This document shows, piece after piece, positions 53,171 to 63,115 of a stretch of 64,000 nt of DNA. Origin of the DNA: an uncultured Myxococcales bacterium (GTDB lineage: Bacteria; Myxococcota_A; Bradymonadia; UBA4248). The first letter of the stretch is position 1. Each line of letters starts with the position of its first letter. The stretch is taken from the NCBI GenBank assembly GCA_964454015.1, contig CAYVQF010000003.1, forward strand, positions 127,057-191,056, read 5' to 3'. Made by a program: the position numbers and the translations under genes. The notes under the pieces were generated by a model that saw only the letters and a program-made list of their open reading frames with translations, did not search any database and was not told the DNA's origin.

Positions 53171-56100
53171 TCAAGGGCTCGGGGTGTGGGCCCAGTGCGT
53201 CAGGAGCGCTTGCAGACGCTCGGGGCTGACCCTCTCGGGACAGTGGCGTTGCGCTGCGACCAAGGTGGCGTCGAAGGCTTCGCGGTCGGCGGTGCGCGTG
53301 AAAAGTATCAGGCTGCGCAGCAGGGCCGTCGGGTGGGTGGGCTCGAAGAGCAGCGCCCGGGCCAAAAAGGTCTGGGCGGCGGGCCAGTCTCCAGTCGCGA
53401 GATAGAGGTGGGCGAGATAGGCGTGATGGTCTGCGGCGTCTCGGCGGCTGCGCTCGGGCATGTGCGCGGGGTCAGCGCCGCGGTAGCTTTCGACGAGGCG
53501 GTTCATGGTGCTCAGGGCGTCGTTGGCGAGCCCTGCTTGCCACTGGCTCTGCCCCAAGACGAAGGCGACGTCGAGATCACCTGGAGCTTGATTGCGCAGG
53601 AGGGCCAGCAGTGGCACGGCCTCATCGGGCTGGTTTTGGTGGTCGAGGGCATGCTGGGCCGCCGCGAAGAGGCAGCGTCGCCACGGACGGGTGCCAGGCG
53701 TCAGGGTGCGCGCAAAGGCCAGGGCCAGGCGCATGGCTTCGGTGTGATCGCCCAAGGTGAGGGCAATGTTCCACCCCACTTCAAAGAGGGTCTCATTCAC
53801 CGCGAGGGTGCGGCAGGCCCACTGGTGGATGCTCTGCGCTTTGAGCCAGCGCCCCTGACGGCAGAGGACCTGCAGAACCTGAACGATATGGGTCTCTAGT
53901 CGGGCTTCCACGGCCAGCCGCGCCGGTCCCTCCTCCAGGGCGATCTGCTGGGCCAGGAGCAACAGATGCAGTTCGTCGCGCACGTCAGCCATGGGAGCGG
54001 GCGGGGCGGTCGCTGCCTGCGGCGAGGGCTCAGGCCTAGGGCTAGGTTTGGGATCCACGTCCGTAATTGGAGGCGCGTCGCCGCTGTCCTCGTGCTCGGC
54101 CGCGAGGAGGCCATGGAGGCGGCGCAGCGCGGCGACGTCTCCATGGGTGGTGTAGGCGACGGTGAGGCGATCGGCTATCTCCGGGACCTGGGGAAAGCGC
54201 CGAAAGAGCGCCTCCAAAGTGGCTAGCGCCGGTGCGGGTAGCATCTCCAGGCAGGGCTCGAGGGCGACGAGGAGGCGTTGGCCGTAGGGTTCATCTTCGG
54301 GCTCGAGGGCATCGAGGGCGCTGCCGATGGCCGCCAGCAGCAGGTGGGGGTTCTTGGTCTCGGTGGCGATGAGCTCGACCAGGGCCAGGTAGCGCTCCTC
54401 GTAGGGGTTGAGCGCCAGGGCGTCGACGAGGAGGAGGGCGGCGTCCGCAGCGAGGTCGAGCTGGTGGTAGGCGACGGCGGCCATGCGGTCGAGGAGGCGC
54501 TCGATGTCGTAGGGTGAGGGGGCGGAGCAGAGGCGGCTGTGCTGGAGCGCCGCTTGATAGACGCGGTATAGGGCGTCATAGCGGCGGGCGCGGTCCAGGT
54601 CGCGCTCGAGGCGGTTGAAGAGGTCGAGGTCGGTGGGGTTGTCGATGAAGGCTTCGACGCGCAAGTGCAGGGCTTTGCCCTCACTGTGAAGGCGGCGCGC
54701 GTAAAGATCGGCCAGGACCAAACGGATGTGTCCGCTAGCCGGTCCGGCTGGGGTCTGGCGGAGCACCTGCTCGAGGGCTTCGGCGGTCTGCGGCCAAGCC
54801 TGCGTGGGATCGACGAGCGCGTTGGAGAGATGCTTGGCCACCGCAGCGATGAGGGCCTGGCGATTTTCTTCATCGGGGATGGCTGAAGCCGCGTCGACCA
54901 GCGTGTTGATCACCTCGGGACCGTGTTCGGTCTGGGCCAGCGCGTCTGAGACGGAGGCGGTGGTGCCACTGGGTAGGTGCGCCGCAGGGGGCTGCGGGGC
55001 GACGGCTTTGGGCAGGCGTGGTGACGAGATGGGCAGCAATTCGCTGGGCGTGTCGATGTAGGCGTTGAATTTGGCGAGGCGAGCGCCCGCCGCGACGACG
55101 ACGGGCGCTTGGGGAAAGAGGGCGTTGGCGCTGTCGAAGCACTGGCGCGCCTTGCTGTGGTCGCCTCGCTGGGTGGCGATGTCGACGCCGATCAACGCCG
55201 CCATGCAGGCCTGGGCTGGCGTCGCGCCGCCGATGAGCATCTCGATGGCGGCGGCCTTGTCGGTGTAGGCCGCGGCAGGCGAGAGGAGGGCGGCGAGTCG
55301 AGGCCCCATGGGCCCGAGGGGGGCGAAGGACTCGGCAGCGACACCGCGGCCGCCGCGGAGAAGGAAGAAGTCGCGCAGGGGTTGAAGCAGGTGTGCCTGG
55401 GCGTCGTTGTCGTCGAGGGCGGCGAGGATCTTGAGCCAGTCGGCGTCGGTGACGCGCGGGATGGCCAGGTGAAAGGCCGCCGCAAAACAGGCAGGTGCCA
55501 CCCTGAGGCTGTGATGGAGGAGCTGTAACAGGGGCATGAGCAAGGGCTCTTCACCCAGGAGCGCCAGGGCTCGATAGCGCTGGTGGATATCGAGTGTGGC
55601 CGTCGCCTCGAGCTTGGGGTAGAGGCGCTCGAGTCCGATGACGCCCTGGGTGTTGAAGGCGGTGGCTTCAATCATCCAGGAGAGGTGGGCAGCATCGCTG
55701 GGGAGGGCTTTGCGGAGATCGCTGACGCGGGTGGCGGGGTCGTTGTCAGCGAGCAGGGTGTAGAGCCAACGCAAGAGACCGAGGGCTTGAAGGAGGGCAG
55801 GGTCTGTGGCCAGCTCCATACGGAGGCCGATGACGTCGGCGGCTTCGCGGTAGGCCTTGGCTGCCACCCAGGCGCGCTGCGCCTGGATGCGCAAGAGGGC
55901 CGCGAGCTGGTCGGCGCCGCTCTCGGCGAGGGTGAGGAGCGCCTTGGCCGCCGCCGCTGGTGCGCGTTCAGACTGGATCTGGGCGGCGATGACCAAGAGC
56001 GCTGTGGCTTCGGGCTCATCACGCACGGCGCGCGCTGCGTTGCGGAGGGTGGAGGTCGGGAGCTGCACGAAGGGATAGAGATCGAGGGCGTAGAGGGTGA

Positions 56101-56737
56101 GCAGGAGTGGGACGTCGGCGCCGACCGGGAAGGGATCGGGAGGGGGCGGCGGTGAGCCGACGAGGGCACCGAGAAAGAGCAAGGAGATGGCTTCGTCCCA
56201 TGCCTGCTCGGCGAGACAATGCTGCCAGCGTTCGGCGTAGGTTGGGAAAGGGGGCGTGCCCGGGGCGGCGTGCTCGGTCAGTGGCCACAAGGGCAGGGTC
56301 GGGTCGATGGCCAGGGCGGCGCGCGCGAGACGGTCAGCCACTTCGGGACGGCGTCTGCGCAGCAGCAGGTCTGCGAAGACGAGCTGGAGGATAGCTTGGG
56401 CCTCGTCGTCGGCCTTGTGATGCTGAGAGAGTGCGCTGACGGCGAAGTCGGCGCGCTCTTGGTCGCTGTGTCCGGAGAGGAGAAAGGCGGCGCTTCTGCA
56501 GCCAGGCAGGCCTTTGCTTGCGCCGGACAAGAATGCGCGTCGCGCCGCCGTTGGCTGGCCGAGAACCAAGAGCAAGTAGGCAAAGGACGCGTCGGGGCCG
56601 TGGGACTGCTCGTGGGCGAGGAGCGCTTCAGCCAAGAGAGCCGACTCCAGGGGCAGGGCGTCTCTGGATGACTCGGCCCAAGCTGGGATCGATGGCGCTG
56701 ATGTGGGCGGTGGGGCTGCGGTCATGGCGTGATGCAT
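53171..56737 (-). CDS. very large TPR/helical-repeat protein (1188 aa, hypothetical)
   Basis: Continuous A/L-rich helical-repeat composition. No TM and no enzymatic motif. Confidence 0.65.
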   Translation of the reverse strand: MHHAMTAAPPPTSAPSIPAWAESSRDALPLESALLAEALLAHEQSHGPDASFAYLLLVLGQPTAARRAFLSGASKGLPGCRSAAFLLSGHSDQERADFAVSALSQHHKADDEAQAILQLVFADLLLRRRRPEVADRLARAALAIDPTLPLWPLTEHAAPGTPPFPTYAERWQHCLAEQAWDEAISLLFLGALVGSPPPPPDPFPVGADVPLLLTLYALDLYPFVQLPTSTLRNAARAVRDEPEATALLVIAAQIQSERAPAAAAKALLTLAESGADQLAALLRIQAQRAWVAAKAYREAADVIGLRMELATDPALLQALGLLRWLYTLLADNDPATRVSDLRKALPSDAAHLSWMIEATAFNTQGVIGLERLYPKLEATATLDIHQRYRALALLGEEPLLMPLLQLLHHSLRVAPACFAAAFHLAIPRVTDADWLKILAALDDNDAQAHLLQPLRDFFLLRGGRGVAAESFAPLGPMGPRLAALLSPAAAYTDKAAAIEMLIGGATPAQACMAALIGVDIATQRGDHSKARQCFDSANALFPQAPVVVAAGARLAKFNAYIDTPSELLPISSPRLPKAVAPQPPAAHLPSGTTASVSDALAQTEHGPEVINTLVDAASAIPDEENRQALIAAVAKHLSNALVDPTQAWPQTAEALEQVLRQTPAGPASGHIRLVLADLYARRLHSEGKALHLRVEAFIDNPTDLDLFNRLERDLDRARRYDALYRVYQAALQHSRLCSAPSPYDIERLLDRMAAVAYHQLDLAADAALLLVDALALNPYEERYLALVELIATETKNPHLLLAAIGSALDALEPEDEPYGQRLLVALEPCLEMLPAPALATLEALFRRFPQVPEIADRLTVAYTTHGDVAALRRLHGLLAAEHEDSGDAPPITDVDPKPSPRPEPSPQAATAPPAPMADVRDELHLLLLAQQIALEEGPARLAVEARLETHIVQVLQVLCRQGRWLKAQSIHQWACRTLAVNETLFEVGWNIALTLGDHTEAMRLALAFARTLTPGTRPWRRCLFAAAQHALDHQNQPDEAVPLLALLRNQAPGDLDVAFVLGQSQWQAGLANDALSTMNRLVESYRGADPAHMPERSRRDAADHHAYLAHLYLATGDWPAAQTFLARALLFEPTHPTALLRSLILFTRTADREAFDATLVAAQRHCPERVSPERLQALLTHWAHTPSP

Positions 56738-56853
56738 TGGCGAGGCCGGGCGCGAATGCAGCGCCGTGCCCCTGGGCTCATCCCTTGGCGCCTCAACTTA
56801 ACGCAGAAGCATGCGCGTGGCCAACGGCAGCGATTGCGCGCCGCAGGCGGCGC

Positions 56854-57441
56854 TCAAGGGGGGCGGCGCTCGACGACGAAGGAGGTGGGCGCTGTGGTGC
56901 TTAGGAGCATTGGCGCCATGGCTTTCATGAGCTTGCCCGGCTGGGCATCGCTGGCGATGCCCAGCTCTGCCCCGACTTCGACCTCTAGGCGCAAAAGGGC
57001 CAGCTCAGCTTGGGTGTGCTGGAAAGCATAGGCACCCGCGCCGCCGGGGTAGGTGAGGAGCAGCTTGAGGACGAGAGCACCCGTGGCGCCAGGTGTGGCG
57101 TCCAGGCGCCATTCGAAGGTGATTGGGTTGAGGCGTTGGCTGTCGCGGTGGAGCTGTAGCGGTGCGAAGACCGTGGGGAGCAGGCGCTCGACCACCATGG
57201 CCTGTTCCATGGGGTCGAGGCGGTGGTTGCGGTCCAGGTCGGCGAGGTGACGCAACAAGGCCGCTTCTTGGGGCGGCACGCGAAAGACCACGAGCATCTC
57301 CGTGTGCTCAGGGTTCACCTGGAGCAAGACCTGGAAATCGGCCTCGATGTCGTGCGCCGCAGCGGTGGAAACGCCGACGACTGCGCAGAGGACGCAGAGG
57401 GCGGCGAGGACGGGCGGGGGTCGCATGGCATCAGCGTCCAA
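56854..57441 (-). CDS. secreted hypothetical protein
   Basis: Signal peptide MRPPPVLAALCVLCAVVGVSTAAAHD. It overlaps the stop of the upstream giant lipoprotein gene by 11 nt, suggesting co-transcription. Confidence 0.4.
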   Translation of the reverse strand: MDADAMRPPPVLAALCVLCAVVGVSTAAAHDIEADFQVLLQVNPEHTEMLVVFRVPPQEAALLRHLADLDRNHRLDPMEQAMVVERLLPTVFAPLQLHRDSQRLNPITFEWRLDATPGATGALVLKLLLTYPGGAGAYAFQHTQAELALLRLEVEVGAELGIASDAQPGKLMKAMAPMLLSTTAPTSFVVERRPP

Positions 57442-60400
57442 AGGCAGGGTTTTCGAAGAGGGAGCGGAGATTGCGCCGCTGCATGGAGGCTTTGGCCGGG
57501 GTGGCGGGGTTCATAGCCTGCCCGCCACCTTGGCCTGCTTCGGTGCCTTCACAACCATTCTCGCCGGGGGCGATGAGGTTGGGGTTGTGCGGGCAGCCGT
57601 CGAGGTGATTGGGCACACCATCGCCGTCGATGTCTGCGGCCACGCCCATGGATTCGAAGCCCGCGCCGTCGACATCGACCCAGACGGGGTTGGTCATGGC
57701 CCACGGCGTCACCGGGTAGACCTGGTCCGGCTGGAAGATGTCGAGCGGCGAGGCGCCAAAGCCAAAGGAAGCGCCAATGGCGCCGACGGCTTCCGTGATG
57801 ACGATGGGTGGGACTTCGACGGGAGGAACCACAGGGAAGAGGCTCTGGCTGCCGACGACCTCGGCGACGACGAAAGTGTCTCCTTCGAAGTTGAAGGAAC
57901 GCTGGCTGCGCCACTCGCCGGCCTCGTTGCGGCCCGTCAAGGGCTCGCGGTAGAGCTCGATGCCGTTGGCGTAGACCACGAGGAGGTCGACCTCGATCCA
58001 CTTCGGGGCTTGAACTCGCACGTCGATGACGACGTCGCCGTTGGCGGCGACGGTGCTTTCACCGACGGCTGCGCCGTTGACGAAGAGCTCGAGGAAGGGG
58101 CCGTTGGTCATGATGACGCGCTGGTTTTGGATGGCTTCGACCACGTCGATGGGCTGAAGTGAGGCGACGCTCTTGTGGCCGACACGGAGGAAGTTGCGTG
58201 GGAAACCAGGCTCTTGGGTTAGAGGCTTGTGGCTGTCGCTGTTGGCGACGCCCGTGATGATGTGGCCGAGATTGATGAGGTTGAACCAGTCGTTGACCAC
58301 CCCCGGGAAGGCAGCCTCGCCACTGCTGTTGGTGAGGACGGCACCTGGACGGGGATAGTTGGCCGGGAGCTCACCTGGCGCCAGGGGGACGCACTTCTGC
58401 GTTGGGGGCAGCTCTGGGAGGCGCTCATCGCCGGTGACACATTGGGCCGGGTCGTAGGCACGGACGCTGTGAATTTCCCACAATATTTTGCCGTTGAGGA
58501 TTTCCATGGCGTCGAAATCGAGGCTGAAGTTGGAGACGGCGAAGCCGCTGCCGTCGGCATAGGGGCGGCCATTCTCATAGGCGACGAAGGCGGGGCCAAC
58601 GGGTAGGCCCAGACCCAGGCTGGTACCCGTGCCCAGCTTCTGGGGGATGGGCATACCGTCGAGGTTGGAGAGGGCGAACTGGTCAAAGTAACCCAAGACC
58701 ATGTCGCGGGGGTGGTTGACTTGGACGATGGTGCGCTCAGGTCCGAGCGCACCGCGCCGCCGCAGGTCGGCAAAGATTTCCCCCGGGGGCCGATCAGACC
58801 AGGGGAAGGAGCCGTGAAGGGTTTGTTCTGGCCAGTAGTCGAGGGGGTAGGCGTTGAAGTGGCCGCCCTCGAGGGTGGTCAGCTCGATGCCGCGCACGGT
58901 GGTGATGAAATCGTTCAGGCCCAGCTCGGCGATGACGTGGCTCAGGTCGGTGATGATGTTGTGGTCCGTTGCGGCGACGAACTCGACGCCTTCGCCAGCC
59001 AAGGCGCCGATCTGGCGGTGCGGTGGCGACGAGGAGTCGATGGAGGCGCTGGTGTGAAGGTGGAGATCGGCCGAGATGTAGCCCGTGGTGTCGACGACGC
59101 GCTCGAGCGTCGCTGTGACGTCGGCGATCTGGTTGGATTTGAGGTTGAGCTCTTGGGCCATGACCAGGTTGTACTCAACGCCGCGGCTGACGTAGATGCG
59201 ATAGGGTTCATCGGCCGAGGGGCGCACCTTAAGGCTGACCCGACCGCGGGCATCGGTGTAGGCGGTTTTCTCGATGTAGCGGCGGGTGCTGGGATCGTTG
59301 GGGTCGTCGGGGACGAAGTCGGTCACTCTCTCGGGCTCGCCGGAGCGGGAGTCATAGAGGAATTCCGGTGGGCTCATGCCAGGGAAATGGCGGTGGGTCC
59401 CGACCACGGTGACCTTGGCCGGGAGCGGTACGCCGCGTTGGTCCGTGACCAAGACGTTGAGCGTGGCCGAGGACGGCAGATCCAGGACGGTGAAGCTACG
59501 ATCGCCTGGGCTGACGCTGACTGCACGGGGTGCGCCGAGATCGCGGTCCGGGGCGACGGCGCGCATCACGTAACAGCCGCTTTCGACTTTGGCTTTGAAG
59601 CGCCCACCGTTGCGGGTGATCATCTGGGTGTAGTGTTTCCACTGGCTGGGGTCGAGGCGCCCGGCTTCATTGAAATCACCATCGCCGAGGGCGCAGGCCC
59701 GGTCGGGGTCGGCGGCACGGTAGGCCAGGACCCAGGCGTCATCGACGGTGGTGCCCAGGGTGCGATCGATGAGGCGTCCCTCGAGGTGGCCCAAGCTGAG
59801 ATCTTGGCGCCACAGGTTCTGGCGGATATCGAAGACCACGTCTTGAATGGAGGCGGCGTCGCCGTCGCCGACCATGACGTATTTGCTATAGCTGAAGGTT
59901 TCACCTTCTTTGAGAGATGCCGGTGCGAGGGCATAGAAGGCACCCGTGAAAGAGGAGAAATAGAAGGGGACCAACATGCTCCAGGGCTTGACGCTGTCGA
60001 AGCCGACGGCGGCGTAGCGATTGCGGTTGGCCCAGGCATAGTTGTTGGCACCCGGGTGGACCATGACGCCGTAGGAGACGCCTTGGTCGGTGGTCGTGGC
60101 GAGGTATTCCACGGGCAGTCCGGGGATCGCCGGGAGCTCTGGGGGCGTCTGGTAGAGGCCCTCGAGGGTGAGGCGCAGATCGAGGCCGCCGCCCGGGGCG
60201 AAAGTGTCATTGCCAGCGGAGAAGAGGAAGACGTCACCCATGGGGACGGGGAAGACGCCCTCGCTGCCGCCGAGGAGGGTGCCAATCGAGGATTCAAAGG
60301 GGAGTCTGACGGTCCTGCTGCTGAGGTTGGTGACGCCGACGCTGACCTTGACGTAGCTGGCGTTGGGTGGCAGCTCATAATCGATATAGAAGCTCAAAAC

Positions 60401-61645
60401 AGGTGTCGGCTGCCCCTGGGAGCAGTAGGGGAGGCAGAGGACGCCGTCACCGTGATCCGGCAGGGGGTTGCAGGCACAGGCTTCGGCGTCGTAAGTGCCG
60501 CGTTGGCAGGGGTAGGTGTTGCCGTTTTTGCCGGTGAGGAAGCCTTCGGCCGGGCAGGCAGGATCGCACAGCGGCCCGGGGTCGTCGGGGCAGACTTCGG
60601 CGAGGCGGGTCACCCCATTGAGGTCGGTGCAGCGACAGCGTTCGGGATCGTCTGGGTCGGGGATGCATACGCGACCGAGGGTGCTGGGACAGTTCTCGGT
60701 ACAGAAAGGTGTCGATGCCTCAACACAGGGATCAGGGGTGCTGAGGGGGTCGAAGCAGGCACAGAGCCCAGGTTGGTTCGGGTCGGGCACGCAGACCCGT
60801 CCGCCTTCACTGGGGCAATTGGGGTCGCAGAATGGGCCCTCACCGAGGGCGCAATTCGTCGAGATTTGCTGGTGGTTGACACAGAGGCAGCTCTCGGGGT
60901 CGAAGACGCCCGGTGTACAGGGGATGTCGCTCTCGGGGATGCGCCAGTTCCAACCCTGTACGGTGCCTGCTGCGTTGGTACGGGGCACGGCTTTGCACTG
61001 GGGCGAGCAGAGGACGCCGCCAGGGGTGGCGCAGGCCTGCTCGGCGGGGAGGGCGGTGCAGCTCCCTTGCTCCCAGTGGCCGAGGGTGCAGGTGAGTTGC
61101 TGCGAGACCGTGTCGGCTGGGCTGTCGCCGTAGGCGTTGATGAGCAGCTCGTTGAGGCCCTTGACCATGGTGAGGAACTCCCCGCCGTAGCCAGAGATGC
61201 GCAGGCGCGCCGGCTGGCCGTTGCGGCCGTCGTTGAGGATTTCCGCTTTCTTGGGGTTCAAGGCTTGGAGAAAGAAGGCCGGGAACATCTCGCCGAACAT
61301 GTCCTGGCCTTGGCCGCCGAAGGCGCCGCCGCGCTCGGAGGCGCGCCGGAGATCCATGTCGATGATGCCGCCGCCGTAGATGCCAAAGCCACGGGCAAAG
61401 CCGATGTCCTGGACGATGACCCGGATCTTGTCGTTCTCGAGCATGTAGTCGCCCACCTCACCGAGGGCACGTTTGCCTCCGATGAGCTGTTCGCGGCGGG
61501 TGATCTGGTAAGCCCTGGCTTGACCGCCATCGCCGACGACGTCGTCGTCTTGGATGCAGCCGCTCAAGGTCGGGCTCAACCCGATGGCGCTGAGGATGAA
61601 GAGTCCAAGCACGAACCCCTTGGCGGGTATAGCCTGTGGCGTCAT
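57431..61645 (-). CDS. giant (1404 aa) secreted lipoprotein: EGF-like Cys-rich repeats + PHP-family metal-dependent phosphoesterase domain + TSP3-like Ca-binding motif
   Basis: Lipobox LSPTLSGC. Repeated CPxxxGRVCxPDPxxPxxCxC modules (aa ~185-400). PHP hallmarks ADLHLHTSASIDS ... VAATDHN ... NHP (nt ~58650-59075). C-terminal DIDGDGVPNHLDGCPHNPN. Confidence 0.8.
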   Translation of the reverse strand: MTPQAIPAKGFVLGLFILSAIGLSPTLSGCIQDDDVVGDGGQARAYQITRREQLIGGKRALGEVGDYMLENDKIRVIVQDIGFARGFGIYGGGIIDMDLRRASERGGAFGGQGQDMFGEMFPAFFLQALNPKKAEILNDGRNGQPARLRISGYGGEFLTMVKGLNELLINAYGDSPADTVSQQLTCTLGHWEQGSCTALPAEQACATPGGVLCSPQCKAVPRTNAAGTVQGWNWRIPESDIPCTPGVFDPESCLCVNHQQISTNCALGEGPFCDPNCPSEGGRVCVPDPNQPGLCACFDPLSTPDPCVEASTPFCTENCPSTLGRVCIPDPDDPERCRCTDLNGVTRLAEVCPDDPGPLCDPACPAEGFLTGKNGNTYPCQRGTYDAEACACNPLPDHGDGVLCLPYCSQGQPTPVLSFYIDYELPPNASYVKVSVGVTNLSSRTVRLPFESSIGTLLGGSEGVFPVPMGDVFLFSAGNDTFAPGGGLDLRLTLEGLYQTPPELPAIPGLPVEYLATTTDQGVSYGVMVHPGANNYAWANRNRYAAVGFDSVKPWSMLVPFYFSSFTGAFYALAPASLKEGETFSYSKYVMVGDGDAASIQDVVFDIRQNLWRQDLSLGHLEGRLIDRTLGTTVDDAWVLAYRAADPDRACALGDGDFNEAGRLDPSQWKHYTQMITRNGGRFKAKVESGCYVMRAVAPDRDLGAPRAVSVSPGDRSFTVLDLPSSATLNVLVTDQRGVPLPAKVTVVGTHRHFPGMSPPEFLYDSRSGEPERVTDFVPDDPNDPSTRRYIEKTAYTDARGRVSLKVRPSADEPYRIYVSRGVEYNLVMAQELNLKSNQIADVTATLERVVDTTGYISADLHLHTSASIDSSSPPHRQIGALAGEGVEFVAATDHNIITDLSHVIAELGLNDFITTVRGIELTTLEGGHFNAYPLDYWPEQTLHGSFPWSDRPPGEIFADLRRRGALGPERTIVQVNHPRDMVLGYFDQFALSNLDGMPIPQKLGTGTSLGLGLPVGPAFVAYENGRPYADGSGFAVSNFSLDFDAMEILNGKILWEIHSVRAYDPAQCVTGDERLPELPPTQKCVPLAPGELPANYPRPGAVLTNSSGEAAFPGVVNDWFNLINLGHIITGVANSDSHKPLTQEPGFPRNFLRVGHKSVASLQPIDVVEAIQNQRVIMTNGPFLELFVNGAAVGESTVAANGDVVIDVRVQAPKWIEVDLLVVYANGIELYREPLTGRNEAGEWRSQRSFNFEGDTFVVAEVVGSQSLFPVVPPVEVPPIVITEAVGAIGASFGFGASPLDIFQPDQVYPVTPWAMTNPVWVDVDGAGFESMGVAADIDGDGVPNHLDGCPHNPNLIAPGENGCEGTEAGQGGGQAMNPATPAKASMQRRNLRSLFENPAFGR

Positions 61646-61661
61646 TCTTTATGCCTCCGAG

Positions 61662-62903
61662 TCACCAGACCACTTGGACGAGGGCCTCGATGAGGTCGTT
61701 GTCGACGCCAGCGCTGCCTTCTTCTTGGGTGACGGTGTAGTTGAGCTTGAGCTCAACGGGCAGCGCTTCGAGTCGGTAGGCGACCCCGATGGTGTGGTAG
61801 ATCAGGAGGTCGTCGACGGCGAGCTCCGTGTCGTCTTTGAAGGGGTCGAGGTAGGCAAAGCGGTAGCCGACCTGGAAGCGGTAGTCGGGGATGGGCAGGC
61901 GGTAGGCGATCTGGGCGAGGATGCCGATGGTGTCGCGCTTGGCCTCACCGGCGCCAGGGTACTCGCGGGTGTTCCACAAGAGCTGGGCCAGCGCGTCGAC
62001 GCCGTAGGCCTTGAGCTGCAGGTCGACCTGCCAAGAGAGATCTTCTTCGTCGAGTTGGTTGGGCAGGGTGCCCTCGGTGCGCTGGTTGTAGCTGAGCCCG
62101 CCACCGAAGACCAAGAAGGAGTCCGGTTGATAGAGGCCGAGGAGCTGGTTGCGCAGATGGAACTCGAGGCGGCCAAAGTAGGCCAGGTGGTTGTTGTCGT
62201 TGCGGGTCGAGGAGACCGTGTTGCCGTTGGTGATGGCGGCGTGATAGGTGAAGCCGACGGGGCCAAAGTCGATGACGTCCGAGAGCAAGCTCAGGCCGGC
62301 TTGACGCGAGGGGGTGAAGCCGGCGTTGCCCGGGCGCTGGATGCCTTCACCGGGGCGCACGCCGCTGGAGACCACCGAGGGGCGGACGAAGGTGAGGTCG
62401 GCAGCGGACTCGGTGGCTTCGAGATCGAAAGGCGGCTTGTACTGACCCACCCGCACTTTGAAGAAGTCGGCGAAGCGATACTCGCCGTAGGCGTCCTTGA
62501 GCTCGACCCGTTGGCTGCCAACGGTGTCGTTGGCGTTGGTGCGGACGTCGCCGGCGCCGTCCAGGGCGAGGCGCAGCTCCAGCTTGTCGAGGTAATTGAT
62601 TTTGACACCCGTACGGGCGTCGAGCATGGCGAAGCCGTTGTTTTGGCCGATGAAGTCCGGCGCGTTGTCGCCCTCGGCGCCGACCCAGATGAAGCCCGTG
62701 CGGACGTAACCGTAGAGGGTGGCCGCCCAATCGCCGACGGTGAAGGTGAGGGGCGGGTTCTCCGAGGGTCCGCGGGCCCAGTCGATGTCCTGTGCTGCTG
62801 TGGTGCGCGGCAGCACCATGGTGCCGCCGAGGCAGAGCAGGAGGGTGAAGGAGAGCAGGGCGGGGCCCAAGAAGGCAGAAGCAGAGAATCCAGGTCTGTT
62901 CAT
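61662..62903 (-). CDS. outer-membrane porin-like beta-barrel protein
   Basis: Start trimmed to MNRPGFSASAFLGPALLSFTLLLCLGGTMVLPRTTAAQD (signal). Amphipathic beta-strand pattern throughout. C-terminal LVQVVW. Confidence 0.6.
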   Translation of the reverse strand: MNRPGFSASAFLGPALLSFTLLLCLGGTMVLPRTTAAQDIDWARGPSENPPLTFTVGDWAATLYGYVRTGFIWVGAEGDNAPDFIGQNNGFAMLDARTGVKINYLDKLELRLALDGAGDVRTNANDTVGSQRVELKDAYGEYRFADFFKVRVGQYKPPFDLEATESAADLTFVRPSVVSSGVRPGEGIQRPGNAGFTPSRQAGLSLLSDVIDFGPVGFTYHAAITNGNTVSSTRNDNNHLAYFGRLEFHLRNQLLGLYQPDSFLVFGGGLSYNQRTEGTLPNQLDEEDLSWQVDLQLKAYGVDALAQLLWNTREYPGAGEAKRDTIGILAQIAYRLPIPDYRFQVGYRFAYLDPFKDDTELAVDDLLIYHTIGVAYRLEALPVELKLNYTVTQEEGSAGVDNDLIEALVQVVW

Positions 62904-63115
62904 CGGTTCCAGACTCCTCGACAGAAGGATCGACGACGAAAATCTGAGGGTGTTGACCTCGAGAGGCGGGTTGACGCAAGGCGGCGGCATGGCTATGCGC
63001 TGTGGGAGGCGCAGCCGCCTTTGGACAGGGCGGACACTAACCTATATGCCCGGTCGGAGCAAACGCAACGGCGCAAGGGGTGTGCGGGCCTTTTAGTGCC
63101 CCTGGAGGTGACGCG

